64,000 nucleotides of DNA from assembly GCA_964016885.1 (NCBI GenBank), contig OZ024743.1, positions 29,760,001 to 29,824,000 of the forward strand. Direction: 5' to 3'. The position numbers were made by a program, and so were the translations under genes. Below are positions 1 through 16,270 of this stretch, one piece after another. The notes under the pieces were generated by a model that did not search any database, was not told the DNA's origin, and saw nothing but the letters and a program-made list of their open reading frames with translations. Position 1 is the stretch's first letter. Each line of letters opens with the position of its first letter. Origin of the DNA: Eledone cirrhosa (lineage: Eukaryota).

Positions 1-361
1 ATTAATAGACAAATGCTTCAATATTAAATATCATTCATGCGAGCGAAATGTGTTGTGATGAACAAGGTAGTTTATCGGTTGACTGAATCTCGAAATTACT
101 TCTCAAACCAATACAAGGAATCTGTAATGCATGATAACCTTACTTCTGGAGAAGTTGACATCAACGTAAGTCATGTATTATATGTTACTATGTTGACTGA
201 CGTACAGATTATATTAATATCTGCCAAATAACATTTATTCAGCCGACACTTTCCGTAGTGTGACATATTCGGATTTCATTGCAGAAAATTAAATACATAT
301 TTGTAAAAAAAAAATCCTATATTTGGTGACAGAGCATAATACATTATTTTTCGTCTTATTG

Positions 362-543
362 GTGGATTGGCAGTATCGGTAGAGGGTTGGACGCCATGCT
401 TTCCAGCATAGTTACGTCCCTTTACTATCTGAGTTCAAATCCCGCCGAGGTTGGCTTTGCCTTTCATCCTTACGGGGGTCGATAAAATAAAGTACCAGTA
501 ATGCACTGGGATAATTGCTGACCTTGTGCCAAAAGTAGAAACA
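362..543 (+). mobile_element. tRNA-derived SINE (Octopus-type) with 19-bp target-site duplication
   Basis: A-box-like TGGCAGTATCGG and B-box-like GAGTTCAAATCC. ATTATTTTTCGTCTTATTG is duplicated at 343-361 and 544-562. The same 3' tail recurs at 27714-27830. Confidence 0.8.
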
Positions 544-734
544 ATTATTTTTCGTCTTATTGCTTTCACCTTGAAATTTTGGCAGCTCTCACTTCCTCCT
601 CTCTATCTCTTTCTGTGGTCTTTCTTTCTCTATATATATCGGTTGAATTGTTACTTGGAAGAATTTGGTTTTGGGCTGGTTGGAAAGATTTGAGAGACAA
701 ACTCGAACCATCTTGTTGCAGGATGACCATTGTG

Positions 735-1070
735 AAGGTATATGCCTTAGTGGTTAGAGCATTTATCTTGCAAACGGAAGGTTGTGACTTCGATTCTCGG
801 ATCGGGTGATGCGTTGTGTCCTGGAACAAGTCACTTTATTTTACGTTGCTCCAGTTTACTCAGTTGTAGAAATGAGTTGCGACATCACTAGTGTCAAGCT
901 GTATCGGCCATTGCCTTCCTTTGGACACCATCAGTGACGTGGAGAGGGGAGACTTTTATGCATGGGCGACTCCTGGTCTTCCACAAACAGCCTTGCTCAG
1001 ACTTGTGCCTCAGAGGGAAACTTTCTACGTGCAAATTCTAAGGTCATTCGTGACTGAAGCGGGTCTTTAC
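735..1070 (+). mobile_element. tRNA-derived SINE with CORE-like central domain
   Basis: tRNA-like head (CCTTAGTGGTTAGAGC...TTCGATTC) followed by GTTGTGTCCTGGAACAAGTCACTTTATTTTACGTTGCT. Related segments lie on the minus strand at about 10750 and 63630. Confidence 0.7.
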
Positions 1071-1094
1071 ACTTTACATATATATATATATATA

Positions 1095-4000
1095 GAATGA
1101 GAAAGAGCGAAATAGTTTCAGATGTTAAAGTCCTTTAATGATAATGCTGTGATGCATATTTCAATGGCGACAGTGGCCCCACGGTTCCATGCGCCAGTGA
1201 CGCGACATCGTCAGACAGCTTGTTACATAATAAGATTAAGTTTCCGAGGCAATCCAAATTGAATCGACATGGGAACGGACAAAGCGTGTGCTCTTGATTT
1301 CTTCGTTCCCTTGTGAGTACCAATTCACCCCCACCGGTCTGCGCAGGCACAGGCCCGAAGGAAGTTGACCATCAACTAACGCAGATTTCTACGAAACTCA
1401 CCTAGGCAGTTACCCCTCTCAACCAAACAATGACCCATCCAGGCCTGTAATATGACACGATTATAGTTTCCTGCTAGCCACCTTGTTAGTGGCAATCGTC
1501 CGAAAGCTAGTGGGGTTGGGAGAGTATGAGTATCAATAGGTCTCAATACTACCCTAAATTAAGCATGGACAGTAGAATTGACAATCAACCTCTAAAAGAA
1601 TATATACTTATTTCTAGGTATTATGGTTTCACATTGGAAATTATAAATGAGAGTTGGAAATTAAAACTAAAAATTAAAAATCAAAAGTCAGAAATCAAAA
1701 GTGAAAAAAATTACAAGTTAGAATCTAGATTGGAGTGAGTAAACAAATATATGCACATATAATAACTAATAAATAGGGAGATGTTTAAGTAAGAAGTTTT
1801 GAAAGGGGATCAATGTTACAGATATATTATCTACATACTGAACGATAGTACCGTACAATAGAACGGAGGGTAAATTATTACAGTATGAAGGTAGTAGTTA
1901 GGCGAATACATAGTTAGTATTTCTATCACATGGAACAAAATCAGAAAAAAATACAGATATTAAATACACAAAAAAAAATACATACAATACATATATGCAA
2001 AATGAGATAGGAGATGCTGATGTAAAATGAGATATGAGATATATATATGAGAAATATATACTAGGAAGATAAACTGCATGGAAATGAAGGTATACGTGGT
2101 TAATATGATTGTCAATTTGTCCATATGTAGATTTGTTATATGGTAAATTGAGGGTGTTTCAGTTAAAATGCAATTTGCTGCAGGAAAATAGGGGTGCATC
2201 GTTATTTTTATTCCCGCGTATTTATCCTGTCGAAAGTTAGTTTATAATTTCCTGTTCGTCCAGTATCAGGGATTTACATCCCCATGGTAGAGGGAATTTC
2301 CGTGTGTGACTAGTGGCTGGTTCCTCTCTTCTCCACTATATTGTTAACACCATAGAGCGCTCAACGTCTTGGAACTAAATTCTTAAGGTAAATATTGATG
2401 CAATTCAATTCAAGCACTCAACTTACTTTTTCCACATAGGAGTGACGGAGTATATTTTGAATAAGATAAAGCGAAGTAGTTTCAGATGTTAAATTCCTTT
2501 AATGATAATGCTGTGATACATATTTCAATGGTGACAGTGGCCACACGGTTCCGTGCGCCAGTGCCGCGACATCGTCAGACAGCTTGTTACATAATAATGT
2601 TATGTTTCCGAGCCAATCCAAATTGAATCGACATGGGAGCGGACAAAGCGTGTGCTCTTGAGTTCTTCGCCCGTTCCCTTGTGAGTACCAATACACCCCC
2701 CAGCGGTCTGCACAGGCGCAGGTCTGAAGGAAGTTGACCATCAACTAAAGCAGATTTCTACGAAACTCGCCTAGGCAGTTACCCCTCTCAACCAAACAAT
2801 GACCCATCCAGGCCTGTAATATGACACGGTTATAGCTTACTGCTAGCCACCCTGTTAGTGACAGTCGTCCGAAAGCTAGTGTGGTTGGGAGAGTATGAGT
2901 ATCAATAGGTCTCAATACTACCCTAAATTAGGAACGGAGGGTAAATTACAGTATGAAGGTAGTAGTTAGGCGAATACATAGTTAGTATTTCTATCCCATG
3001 GAACAAAACCAAAAAAAAAATACAGATATAAAATACACAAAAAAATACATACTATACATATATGCAAAATGAGATAGGAGATGCATATGTAAAATGAGAT
3101 ATGAGATATATGTGAGAAATATATACTAGGAAGGTAAACTGCATGGAAATGAGGGTATACGTGGTTAATATGATTGTCAATTTGTCTATTATATAGATTT
3201 GTTATCTGCTAAAGTGAGGGGGCTTCTGTTCGAATGCAATTTGCTGCAGGAAAATAGGTGTTTATCGTTGTTTTTATTTCCGCGTATTTATCCTGTCGAA
3301 AGCTAGTTTATAATGTTATGTCCGTTCTATTGTACGGTACTATCGTTCAGTATGTAGATAATATATCTGTAACATTGATCCTCCTTTCAAAAATTCTTAC
3401 TTAAACATCTCCCTATTATATGTGCATATATTTGTTTACTCACTCCAATCTAGATTCTAACTTGTAATTTTTTTATTTTGGATCTCTGATTTTTTATTTT
3501 TTATTATTAATTTTTAATTCCAACTCTCATTCATAATTTCCACTGTGAAACCATAATACCTAGAAATAAGTATATATTCTCTTAGATGTTGATGGTCAAT
3601 TCTACTGTCCATGCTTAATTTAGGGTAGTATTGAAACCTATTGATACTCATACTCTCCCAACCCCACTAGCTTTCGGACGACTGCCACTAACAGGGTGGC
3701 TAGCAGTAAACTATAATCGTGTCGAATTACAGGCCTGGATGGGTCATTGTATGGTTGAAAGGGGTAACAGCCTAGGCGAGTTTCGTAGAAATCTGCGTTA
3801 ATGATGGTCAACCTCCTTCGGGCCTGCGCCTGCGGAGACCGGTAGGGGTGAATTGGTACTCACAAGGGAACGAAGAACTGAAGAGCACACGCTTTGTCCG
3901 TTCCCATATCGATTCAATTTGGATTGCCTCGGAAACATAACATTATTATGTAACAAGCTGTATGACGATGTCGCGTCACTGGCGCATGGAACCGTGGGGC

Positions 4001-5521
4001 CACTGTCGCCATTGAAATATGTATCACAGCATTATCATTAAAGAAATTTAACATCTGAAACTACTTCGCTTTTTTCTGATTCGATATATACTCCGTCACT
4101 CCTATGTGGAAAAAGTACGCTGAGTGCTTAAATTGTATTGCATCAATATTTACCTTAAGAATTTAGCTCCAAGACGTTGAGCGCTCTATGGTGTAACCAA
4201 TATAGTGGAGAAGAGAGGAACCAGCCACCAGCCACACCCAGGAAATTCCCTCTACCATGGAGATGTAAATCCCTAATACTGGACGAACAGAAAATTATAA
4301 ACTAACTTTCGACAGGATAAATACGCGAAAAAAAAACAACGATGCACCCCTATTTTCCTGCAGCAATTTGCATTTGAACAGAAACACCCTCAATTCACCA
4401 TATAACAAATCTATATATAGGACAAATTGACAATCATATTAACCACGTATACCCTCATTTCCATGCAGTTTACCTTGCTAGTATATATTTCTCATATATA
4501 TCTCATATCTCATTTTACATATGCATCTCCTATCTTATTTTGCATATATGTATTGTATGTATTTTTTTTGTGTATTTATATCTGCATTTTTTTTCTGGTT
4601 TTGTTCCATGTGATAGAAATACTAACTATGTATTCGCCTAACTACTACCATCATACTGTAATTTACCCTCCGTTCTATTGTACGGTACTATCGTTCAGTA
4701 TGTAGATAATATATCTGTAACATTGACCCCTTTTCTAAACTTCTTACTTAAACATCTCCCTATTTATTAGTTATTATATGTGCATATATTTTTTTACTCA
4801 CTCCAATCTAGATTCTAACTTGTAATTTATTTTTTTTTTATTTCTGACTTTTGATTTTTAATTTTTAGTTTTAATTTCCAACTCTCATTTATAATTTCCA
4901 CTGTGAAACCATAATACCTAGAAATAATTATATATTCTTTTAGAGGTTGATGGTCAATTCTACTGTCCATGCTTAATTTAGGGTAGTATTGAGACCTATT
5001 GATACTCATACTCTCCCAACCCCACTATCTTTCGGACGACTGCCACTAACAGGATGGCTAGCAGTAAACTATAATCGTGTCATATTACAGGCCTGGATGG
5101 GTCATTGTTTGGTTGAGAAGGGTAACTGCCTAGCGAGGTTCGTAGAAATCTGTGATAGTGATGGTCAACTTCCTTAGGACCCGCGCCTGCGCAGACCGAT
5201 TGGGTCAATCGGTACTCACAAGGGAACGGGCGAAGAACTCAAGAGCACACGATTTGTCCGTTCCTATGTCGATTCAATTTGGATTGCCTCGGAAACATAA
5301 CCTTATTATTAATTAACAAGCTGTATGACGATGTCACGGCACTGGCACACGGAACCGGGTGGCCACTGTCGCCATTGAAATATGTATCACAGCATTATCA
5401 TTAAAGGACTTTAACATCTGAAATTACTTCGCTTTTTCTTATTCAATATATACTCCGTCACTGCTATGTGGAAAAAAATACGTTGAGTGCTTGAATTGAA
5501 TTGCATCAATGTTTAACTTAA

Positions 5522-5522
<1 letters not shown>
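1095..5522. mobile_element. Tandem plus inverted array of a 1.36-kb non-coding unit (non-autonomous PLE / retrozyme-like)
   Basis: Period 1364 bp (AGTTTCAGATG at 1114 and 2478). Orientation flips at about 3321 and inverted copies run to 5522. (TA)n on both sides; no RT ORF. Confidence 0.7.
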
Positions 5523-5581
<59 letters not shown>

Positions 5582-5583
<2 letters not shown>

Positions 5584-5729
5584 GTACGTTATTCCGAGTT
5601 GAATCGGACGTAACCACAGTAAGTAAGGTACTCAATACATTGCAGAGTATAAAAGTTTTAAATCTCAGATTCCTGATGATTTCTAAAGAATGAAACAGTC
5701 CTAGTCCTGTAGAATCTCATCTATATTAA

Positions 5730-5733
<4 letters not shown>
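5582..5733 (+). mobile_element. Short pLTR-like element between (TA)n tracts
   Basis: Same family recurs at 62137-62295. Contains a hammerhead motif. Confidence 0.6.
5667..5717 (+). ncRNA. Type I hammerhead ribozyme motif
   Basis: Stem I AGATTC/GAATCT; core CTGATGA; stem II TTC-TAAA-GAA; GAAA; stem III ACAG/CTGT; cleavage triplet GTA at 5709-5711. Confidence 0.7.
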
Positions 5734-5763
<30 letters not shown>

Positions 5764-6275
5764 GCATATGCTCAGTTGCTTCCTCATGTGTGTAGTCGTT
5801 TCTCTCACCTATTTATTTGATGGAATGGTGACTTCTCGGGTTTGATGACTGGTTAAGTGGCTAATAGTTTCGAATTAACTGATGGTGATTGTAGGGTATT
5901 GGCTATGTTGAATCAGTTGGTCGTAGTCTTTGAGTCGATTGAGCGTGTTTCTGTGTTACGGTTAAGGTTTGTAAGGCGGATGTACCGGTTGTAGATACTA
6001 AGGTTTGTACTGCCCATGTCTGAAATCAGTGTCACTAAGGTAAGAGCGTTGCTCTTTCTCAGATTATTATTATATAGAAACTACATAAAGAACGGCTAGT
6101 GTCTGACGAGTTCGTCATCTACATAGCTGGAACTGGTGCAAATCAGTGTTTGTCTTGGAGGGAATTGAGTTTATATTTAAATGGACATGCTCTGAGTCTC
6201 AATGTAGATGTACATCTTACATTTGGTTTATTTTATGGTTGGATTTCGTTTTAGCTGGAGTTATTTGAATTCCTA

Positions 6276-6404
6276 AGGCGGCAAAATGGTAACGTCGGAT
6301 AGAGTGAATTGTGGTATACGTTTCGGTTCTGTGCTGTGTCAGTTCAAATCTTGTTGAAGTCAACTTCACCTTTTATCCATTACCGGTCTAGTACTGGGGT
6401 TGAT
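6276..6404 (+). mobile_element. Degenerate SINE, same family as 362-543
   Basis: AGTTCAAATCTTGTTGAAGTCAACTTCACCTTTTATCC...GTACTGGGG aligns by eye with 432-510. Confidence 0.5.
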
Positions 6405-9004
6405 TCTTCCTCTATATCTCTTTCTCACTTTCTATTCTTCTCTGAAAGAAATCTGGTGTATTCATACATCCGCCATGTTTAAAATAAAAATACCATAGAA
6501 ACGCTGTATATCAATACGGCGCGCCTACGACTCCCTCGGCATTACGGGACCATACATACAGTTACGTTTTTAATTACACTTACATCCAAATAACGAAAAT
6601 ATCAAGAAGAAGATGTTTTTACAGAGCAAATTATTATGATTTGTACACAGAAAAATCTATTTGGGCACATATCATCTGCCTGATGATATGGCTAGCAAAC
6701 ATAATTTGCATATATACACCATTGCTAGTGCATGAAACGCTTGGTGTCTATGAATTTGACCTCAGAACGTAAGATAATAAGTGTTATTTTAGTAGTTTAT
6801 ATCTATATGGGATTGATTTTAGCAATTTGAAATTCTCACTCCAACGGTTGAAATATCAATGTGAGTTAATGGCAAAAATATGTTCAACGTAACTAGTCTT
6901 CCATGTCGAATGCCCTCAATCTTAAAACCAGAAGCTGCATAATTTAAACCTCTAGACGGCTTCCTATGTTTCTTAAATATTGCCGCACAGATATAAAAGT
7001 TTACTAGATAACCTCATTGACGAATATCTCGTTATTCTCGTCATCTCATATTCTATATTCTTCTCAGTTTCCGGCTAGTTTATTTAATTTTATCTTCAGA
7101 ATTACATACTTAACTCAAATAATTTTTCGCCATTTATTAGTAAATATGCTTACATTATGACAATTAATCAGCTTATATGTGAAATGTTTTGAAACGAACT
7201 TCGATATTCTACACCATATTGTCATTCAGTGTTTCTTTTCAAAGCGTTGTACATACTTTCTGCTGGGTATCTATCTACACAAAGGCATATTTAAATATAT
7301 TACATTTTATATGTATGTTACCAAAGTGTACAGGGAAAATAATTTATGCAACTATGTTACCATATGCATACTATTTCAGATTTTCTCTGTATCGAGATAT
7401 GTACAATGAATTGCTAAGACATCTAATTCACAAGCTTCTTTTAGGCTATAGCCGTTTCCACAGCATTGGTATTGCTATCGTTCTATTTTCAGGCATGGCT
7501 AGTACATATGATTTATATGTTGTGGGTATCATAATGTCACGCTCATAGATTGGTTTAAAGTTGTTATAATAATATTATGCTAGTGATCAATATTTATAAG
7601 TGTAAATCTGTTTACACCAATGTTTCTGGTTACTGTCTTGTACAATACTTGATAATCTATAACTGGAGATATTCCGTGGCACCATTCTGAGGTTTGACAA
7701 TATGTTCATATAAATCTGGTCATTCTTATATTTATAGGATTGAAAGATATTAATAAATTACATTTAAACTGAAAATGCTCTATAAAATATTATACTTCAG
7801 AAATTATGTTTTTAAGCTGCTCTAACACAGCGGACATTAACGGAGGAAGGGAAGTTCGGATTTGATACATATAAAATAAAATTCAAATTCATGTAATCTA
7901 CATTTTTGTTTATTTTATTTTTTATCTCGATTCAGTAACTGTTTAATAGACATATTGACTCTTTGTACTTAATTCAATTTGATGTGTATCGAATTCTAGC
8001 TATTAAATGGTTAAGTATCATTTGCTGTGATAGAATACAACTAGAAGTATGTTTAACATTCTTATTTATATTTTGTTTTTTCTTGCGTATGAGACAGCTG
8101 CAATTATGTGATATCCCCAAGGCTATGTAACTAGCTCACAGTAAGAGGATTAGGGTATGTGAGATCCATATTCCAGATAGGCAAAGATCCTAGCACCCGC
8201 GTAATTTTTGCTGAGAGAGCAGGAGAGAATTCATACCGTTATACAAAAATACTTACATGGACATATTTATAAAAACTATATACCAGGCAGATATCCTTAG
8301 AATTTCTATACCCACTTCCATACAAAAGGCAATGTCAGAAAGAATGCTCTGTCCTGCAGGGGGTTCTACCACAAAATTACAGGGTTTTGAAGCAAAATTA
8401 TTAACATCCTTGCCACGTTGATACCTACATATATTTCTTTTAAAATTGAAAACCTAGTAGCATACTGTTCGAAATTGATTTGGAATTGCAAACTGTGTCA
8501 CTAGATCAGAATTCTGCTTACAGATGTATAACACAATTATTAATACAGTTCAATACTTTTATAGTATTTATTTTAAATACTATAAAATCAAGTCTTCACA
8601 TTTTAATACATTGTTTAGCATTTACTAGAATTTAATAACGATAATTAATTTATCACACATATGTTAACATTTCCCCAGCACAATATTGATTCCAGCATTG
8701 ATACTGCACATATATTACTTTAAGGGGTCATATATTATTAAATCTAACAGTATATAGTTACAATTTATTTATTTATTGATGCAGCAGATATGAAAAACAA
8801 AATTCACTGAGGTTTTATTTCAATTCAAAACACATAAACATAGATAACGTCACACTAGCGAATTCAACTAATATTATAGTAAAATGAAAATTATATTTGT
8901 GATCGAATAATATTAATTTTCTTCTTACTGCATCAACTATTTTCGTTTGCGTGTTAGTGTTAGTTGCATTAAATATATTATCATTCATTTAAACATCTTG
9001 TTAT

Positions 9005-9175
9005 ATGGACAGATTTTACGGCAAAACTAACAGGCAAAACCAACACTGAACAAGATGGTTGGATAACATCCATGAGCTTGGCTGGTCTCGCTTGGGAATC
9101 CAGCCGGATCTGTTGGACACGATTGCTTCTGACAGGACCCACTGGAGTAAGTGGGTGAAGAAGAACAACAACAAG
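9005..9175 (+). mobile_element. RTE-clade LINE 3' remnant
   Basis: A + frame reads RWLDNIHELGWSRLGIQPDLLDTIASDRTHW, matching the RW.D...A.DR..W C-terminus typical of RTE ORFs. It is followed by a short AAG/AAC tail. Confidence 0.6.
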
Positions 9176-10749
9176 AAGTGTTTGTAATGTGGATGGTATC
9201 TGTGACTTAGCTATTCTCAATTTTCCTAGCATGTCATTGACAAATATTTTTATTTGTATTTACAACATTATTATATTTAGTGAGAGTTTTAATTATCACT
9301 TCATATGTTCCCTTAACTGGTAGTACGATTAGTCGTATATATGAGCAGTGACTTACTAGAGCGGATATATTGCCGGAACATATAACTTGCGGTATGTGCT
9401 TGCGTAACATTAACTTGTCTTTATTCTCAAAAAGCTTTTATACGAAGTCTACATTTAACCTATACACTATTAGCGATGTCAAATCATTTCTAAATCTGCT
9501 TCACAGCTGACTACATACCTAGTACAACTTTCATGAATTCTACATTCCGCCTATATATTTAGTCACCATAATAACATATCAGTTATCGACTCGATATTAG
9601 GTATAACTCAACTCGACAGATAAGGGATTGTATATCCAAGCGTTATTTACCGCATGTAACTTTTACGTGTCATAAAATATGTATATAGTCTGTTATATAG
9701 GCCAGTGAATCTGCAAATTAATCTTCAGGGTATAATGCTTTTTTTTTTGTTCTACGCACAGTCTGGTGCGTTATATGATAGTAAACAATCTAATAACCAA
9801 TGTTTTGTAATATAGGTGAGAAATATATGACAGGTCTGAAGTTGTCAAACTTTGACGTGCAATGTTCTTCACAGTACTGCTATGGAAGAGTCACTGTTTC
9901 TCAAAATCCTATTGATATATAAACTAATGATATAACAATAATTAATTTGAGGAATCGAAAAGTGTTTCTAGTATGCGACTTGCGATAATATTTCATGGTT
10001 TTCGACGATAATCATTAATTTATTCTATCAACTACCAGAATGGTTGCTCCGGCTTCTAAACATAGATTGGCATGCTTTCTGAAACAGTACAGAGAAGGAC
10101 GGAATACCTCGGCTTGGGGATGGTGTCTACCTTTTGTGCTTCACGTGACTCAATGTGTCCCGGGTACATGTACTTTTAACGTAATTCTCCCGCCGAATCT
10201 GTATGACAAAATATATGGTGAGGCTGGACATTTGAAATATAGTTATATCCCATCGGACATTCTTCGCAGTGTCTCACGTTTCTCTGTTTGACTTACCAAC
10301 CTCTATGTTAAAAAGAGTTGTCACAGACGTCACGAAGTGTGTTCGATACAGAGACCTTATAATTGCGAATGTAGTTCATAGTCATCGAGTTTAACTGCGT
10401 CCACTTGTTGAACTATATTGTCCCTCCGATTTAGGGGTTATATCGTTTCCTTATTTCTTGTGTCTATGATTGTTGCAATATATTGTGTGTATGAATTAGG
10501 ATATTATACTTCAAATTCTGCTAAATCACTTTTCACGTGGATAATAGCATGGTGGTCATATACGAGTACATAGTGTTCTCGCTACTTTTTGAGTTAACAT
10601 TAATCGCTCTGAACCATCGAGAACATCCCAGTCCTCATTCGCCTGCCGAGTGACGTGAACCTCATCAAATCGGACCACTGAAAGAATGTTTTCATTGGTC
10701 TTTCCATTAATGATACTATTTACCGGTCGCAACTCCTGGCAAAAGGGGT

Positions 10750-10835
10750 TACGTGAAATAAAGTGTCGTGTTCAAGAACACATCACCCGGTCGGAGAATT
10801 GAACTCGCAGCCTTAATAAAGACGAAGCCACGCGC
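10750..10835 (-). mobile_element. CORE-like SINE fragment
   Basis: Reverse complement GTGTTCTTGAACACGACACTTTATTTCACG resembles 815-845. Confidence 0.45.
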
Positions 10836-11286
10836 ATTGCTGGATGGGAAGAATTGGCTGTGTCGCAGATCTATATGTTTCTTTTCGTCCCGAGTTCGAA
10901 TTCTGGGACTGATAAAATAATCACAATTTTGAATTTCTGAGATTGGTATGATCAAATGTAAGGAGCCACCAAATGTGAGGTCATGTATCTATGTATAAAA
11001 TCAACATTTGAAGATGAAAAACGTCAAGAAGTGTACAGGAAAAATGTATGATATCTACGGGGAGGAAATCGAAAGTCAGGTGTTCCAAGAAATATTATGT
11101 ATGAATGAGGGTATCCGTTACTAGTGGTGGAATCAGTTTTTATTGACTTATAAGGATCAGTCTGTCGAAACAAGAACCTTGCGTTATTTTCTTCCATATC
11201 AATCGTTTATCCATATCCCTCGTTGTTTTGGCCCTTGCTTTTACTGCAAGTTCGATAAATTAAGAACGAAAAAAAGGTACTCATGG

Positions 11287-11287
<1 letters not shown>

Positions 11288-11317
<30 letters not shown>

Positions 11318-11336
11318 CTTCTTCTTCTTCTTCTTC
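11288..11336. repeat. (CTT)n microsatellite
   Basis: Directly visible. Confidence 0.95.
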
Positions 11337-12279
11337 TCTCACATATTCCAGAGAATGCCTTGAGGCCAAACACCAATCAGAAGCAGCTGTTTTCAATTGA
11401 CGCAGTACTCGTGGTCGGTATATTTAATTATTTAAAACATATCCTTAACCTGACCAGTGTTCCATTACTGAGCTCTAAATGTAGGCATAATATATTAATT
11501 TCTATTTATTACAAAAACACCTTGTATCAGGCTTTCCTTACTGTATATCTGTTTTCCGTCTGCAATATATTGAATGTTTTAATACTATTAACTCCTCTTG
11601 CATTCAAGTAGTTTCTGAATTGGGAAGTATACCAGTGAATGGAGGGACTAAGTTACCGTATTCAAAGTTGTATGATACTTTTTAAATATATTAATTAAGG
11701 CTTTTGTATAAAGACACTGAAACATTAGTCCGTCTCAATATGTTTAACTTACATACAACTTATTCGAAAAGTTTAGCACGAAGTTTTGCCAAAACGTAAC
11801 AAGAAACCGTCCATTGAGCAGGTTTATCTTATGTCTTAAGGACGAAATATACAATTCTCTTACACACTTTATGTTCTTCATTATCTTTTCATACTTAATA
11901 ATATCCCTCACAATTTCTATCATGGTCCTATAATATTCCTTTGTTTTCTAATTTCATCTCTTCGTGTTTATCTTAAACTTGTTGGCCACTGAAGACATCT
12001 CGCTATTCAAATATTTGAACTCGTGGTAAATTCACCTAGTTGCTGCCAAATAATTAGTTTCCTTCGACATTTTGAGAAATACTCCTAACAGGTTCAGACA
12101 ACTTCTATCTAAACTTAATATAGTTCTTCAAAATGGAATCTTTATAATCGATTTTCATACAACAGCTAAAGTAACCTTACGGGCTTACTACTCTTCTATG
12201 TAGAAGCTTGTTAGTAACGATCTCTTTGTTTTGGAAGAGAAGTCTACATCAGAAAAACACCTTAAGGCAATAAAGAATA

Positions 12280-14472
<2,193 letters not shown>

Positions 14473-15780
14473 CTAGCATTAAAGACCGGCGTTGGTCGGG
14501 GTCTGTAAGTTACCATAGTTAGGTTGCACCACCCATTTTATGCAGCACTTTTTTGATTTCCAGGCACTGGGTGAATGTATTGCAGACCTGGACTGCCGAA
14601 GCAGGAGCTGCGCCAGCAGTGACAATTGTAGTTTCGCCTATGGATATTATCTCTGTGCAAAGAAGTGTTGAAATTTATTGTCTCACAGTACTTCTGCAAC
14701 ACGCGCGTAGACGATGCCAGCCGAACAACAGAACTGCGATGGAGTTGTTCTGCATGGTTGTCTAATGTGTGTTTTCTAAATTTAAGACAGTAGGGAGTGG
14801 TGTGATATGGAGGAGTGTTAGTTGCTGTTTCTAGCAGGTTTAGTGACCTCATAGAGGATATTATTGTGTCTAGTAAAAGAACTGATACTTCTTTCTTCCA
14901 CGTTCGTTGATAGATGTTTTAAAAAATATTTATCGCTATTTTTCTTTGTTGTTGAATAAATTTATATGTTGCTTTTGAATAATTGCTGTTTCGTATGAAA
15001 TGTAATAAGTTCTCTTTGTCATTGAAGTAAATATATGTTTGAGCGTTCCACACTCAAAAACAAACGTTCTCTCTCTCTCTCCCTATCACTCTCTCTCACT
15101 CTCTCACTCTCTTTCTCTTAAAGTTTGTAAGTTTAATCGTATATAAGAGAAGGTTGCAGCATGTATGTAGTTTTATCGAATTTTAAGGAGAGTAGAGAGA
15201 GGATATCTGATTGTATTAGAGGGGTAAAGCGTCATGTATTTAGTTTTATCGATTATTTCCGTAATTGTGGGTGAGTCTGAATGAAATAAATAGTTGGTGA
15301 CCTAAGTTCAACATTATTACAGACATTGAATCGAATTGGTTTGAAATTGTGCAAATGTATAAACATGGAAGATGTGCACACACACAACAACAACAATCTG
15401 CCTTTTATAGATAATGATATATATGAATTCTAAAGGAGATATCATCGAAATTAACAACACTTATCATGATGATTGACACACACTCCTCTATTTTAAAGGA
15501 AATAGAAAAACAATCTACAGACGGAAAACTTATAACTGAATATATAAACTCTGAAATTAAGAATTTAGCTGAAATTATACCAACAGTTATCAAAGATACA
15601 AGAGAAAGCCTACTCTCTTGGATGTCAGAATTAAACGAAAGAAATTTGGAAAACAAAACACATCGAATAAGAAAAGAAATGTGGAAGACATGGAAAAAAT
15701 TTCTTAGCATAAGAAAACAAAACTTATGGAAAGTATACAAATGCGAAAAATATGCCGAAACACTTTCAAAATGGTTGTTT

Positions 15781-16270
15781 GGTTAGAGATGTTGTCACCA
15801 ATTTAGCGGAGAAGTATATTCCAGAGAGTTGTAATGTCGCCACGAGGAACCAGGTTTGGTAGAAAGATATGATAGGAATATCGACAACGACTTTAGCTTG
15901 TTTTTACATTATTTATTAACCAAGGTTAAGAAATGAATTAGGCTGGCATGCCAAGAGAAATGAAATAATTCAATTAAGATTACAAGTGAAAATACGGGCG
16001 ACTGGCTGAAGGCGTTTGGCAAGGCTTCTAGGTAATGTTTTGTCGTTACATATTGTTTGTGCTTACGGAGCAAAAGAACAAGTGGTGTTTACCTTAGCAC
16101 GGTCTAGCAGGAAGTGATAGCGTCCTCAAATCTTTGTGGGCTATTTCTCCCTCAGAACCCGTAGGGATACATCCTCTTCTACTGGCGCTGATTGGCTGAG
16201 CTGAGCCAAATCACGCACAGAGAATGTACGTGAGCCCGCGGAATGTAGGTCACTACAGATGTTTCTAACG
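15781..16270 (-). mobile_element. Probable solo LTR interrupting the PLE ORF
   Basis: About 490 bp separates ...ETLSKWL from PILSPKYLITE. CCAAT and AATAAA lie on the minus strand. Short imperfect inverted ends (TGTAATG at 15830, CACTACA at 16257). Exact ends and TSD are ambiguous. Confidence 0.45.

Noticed and set aside
6680-6755. Hammerhead with long stem II (CTGATGA...GCTAGCAA/TTGCTAGT...GAAAC...GTC)
   Set aside because: Core and stems II and III are plausible but stem I does not pair convincingly; mentioned only as weak.
8981-9232. 83-aa minus-strand ORF, or a host exon ending at GTAAGT
   Set aside because: Better explained as an RTE LINE 3' remnant on the + strand.
14538-14852. Possible GIY-YIG C-terminal remnant on the minus strand
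   Set aside because: Only a vague H...E.I...L.RD pattern; too degenerate to support.
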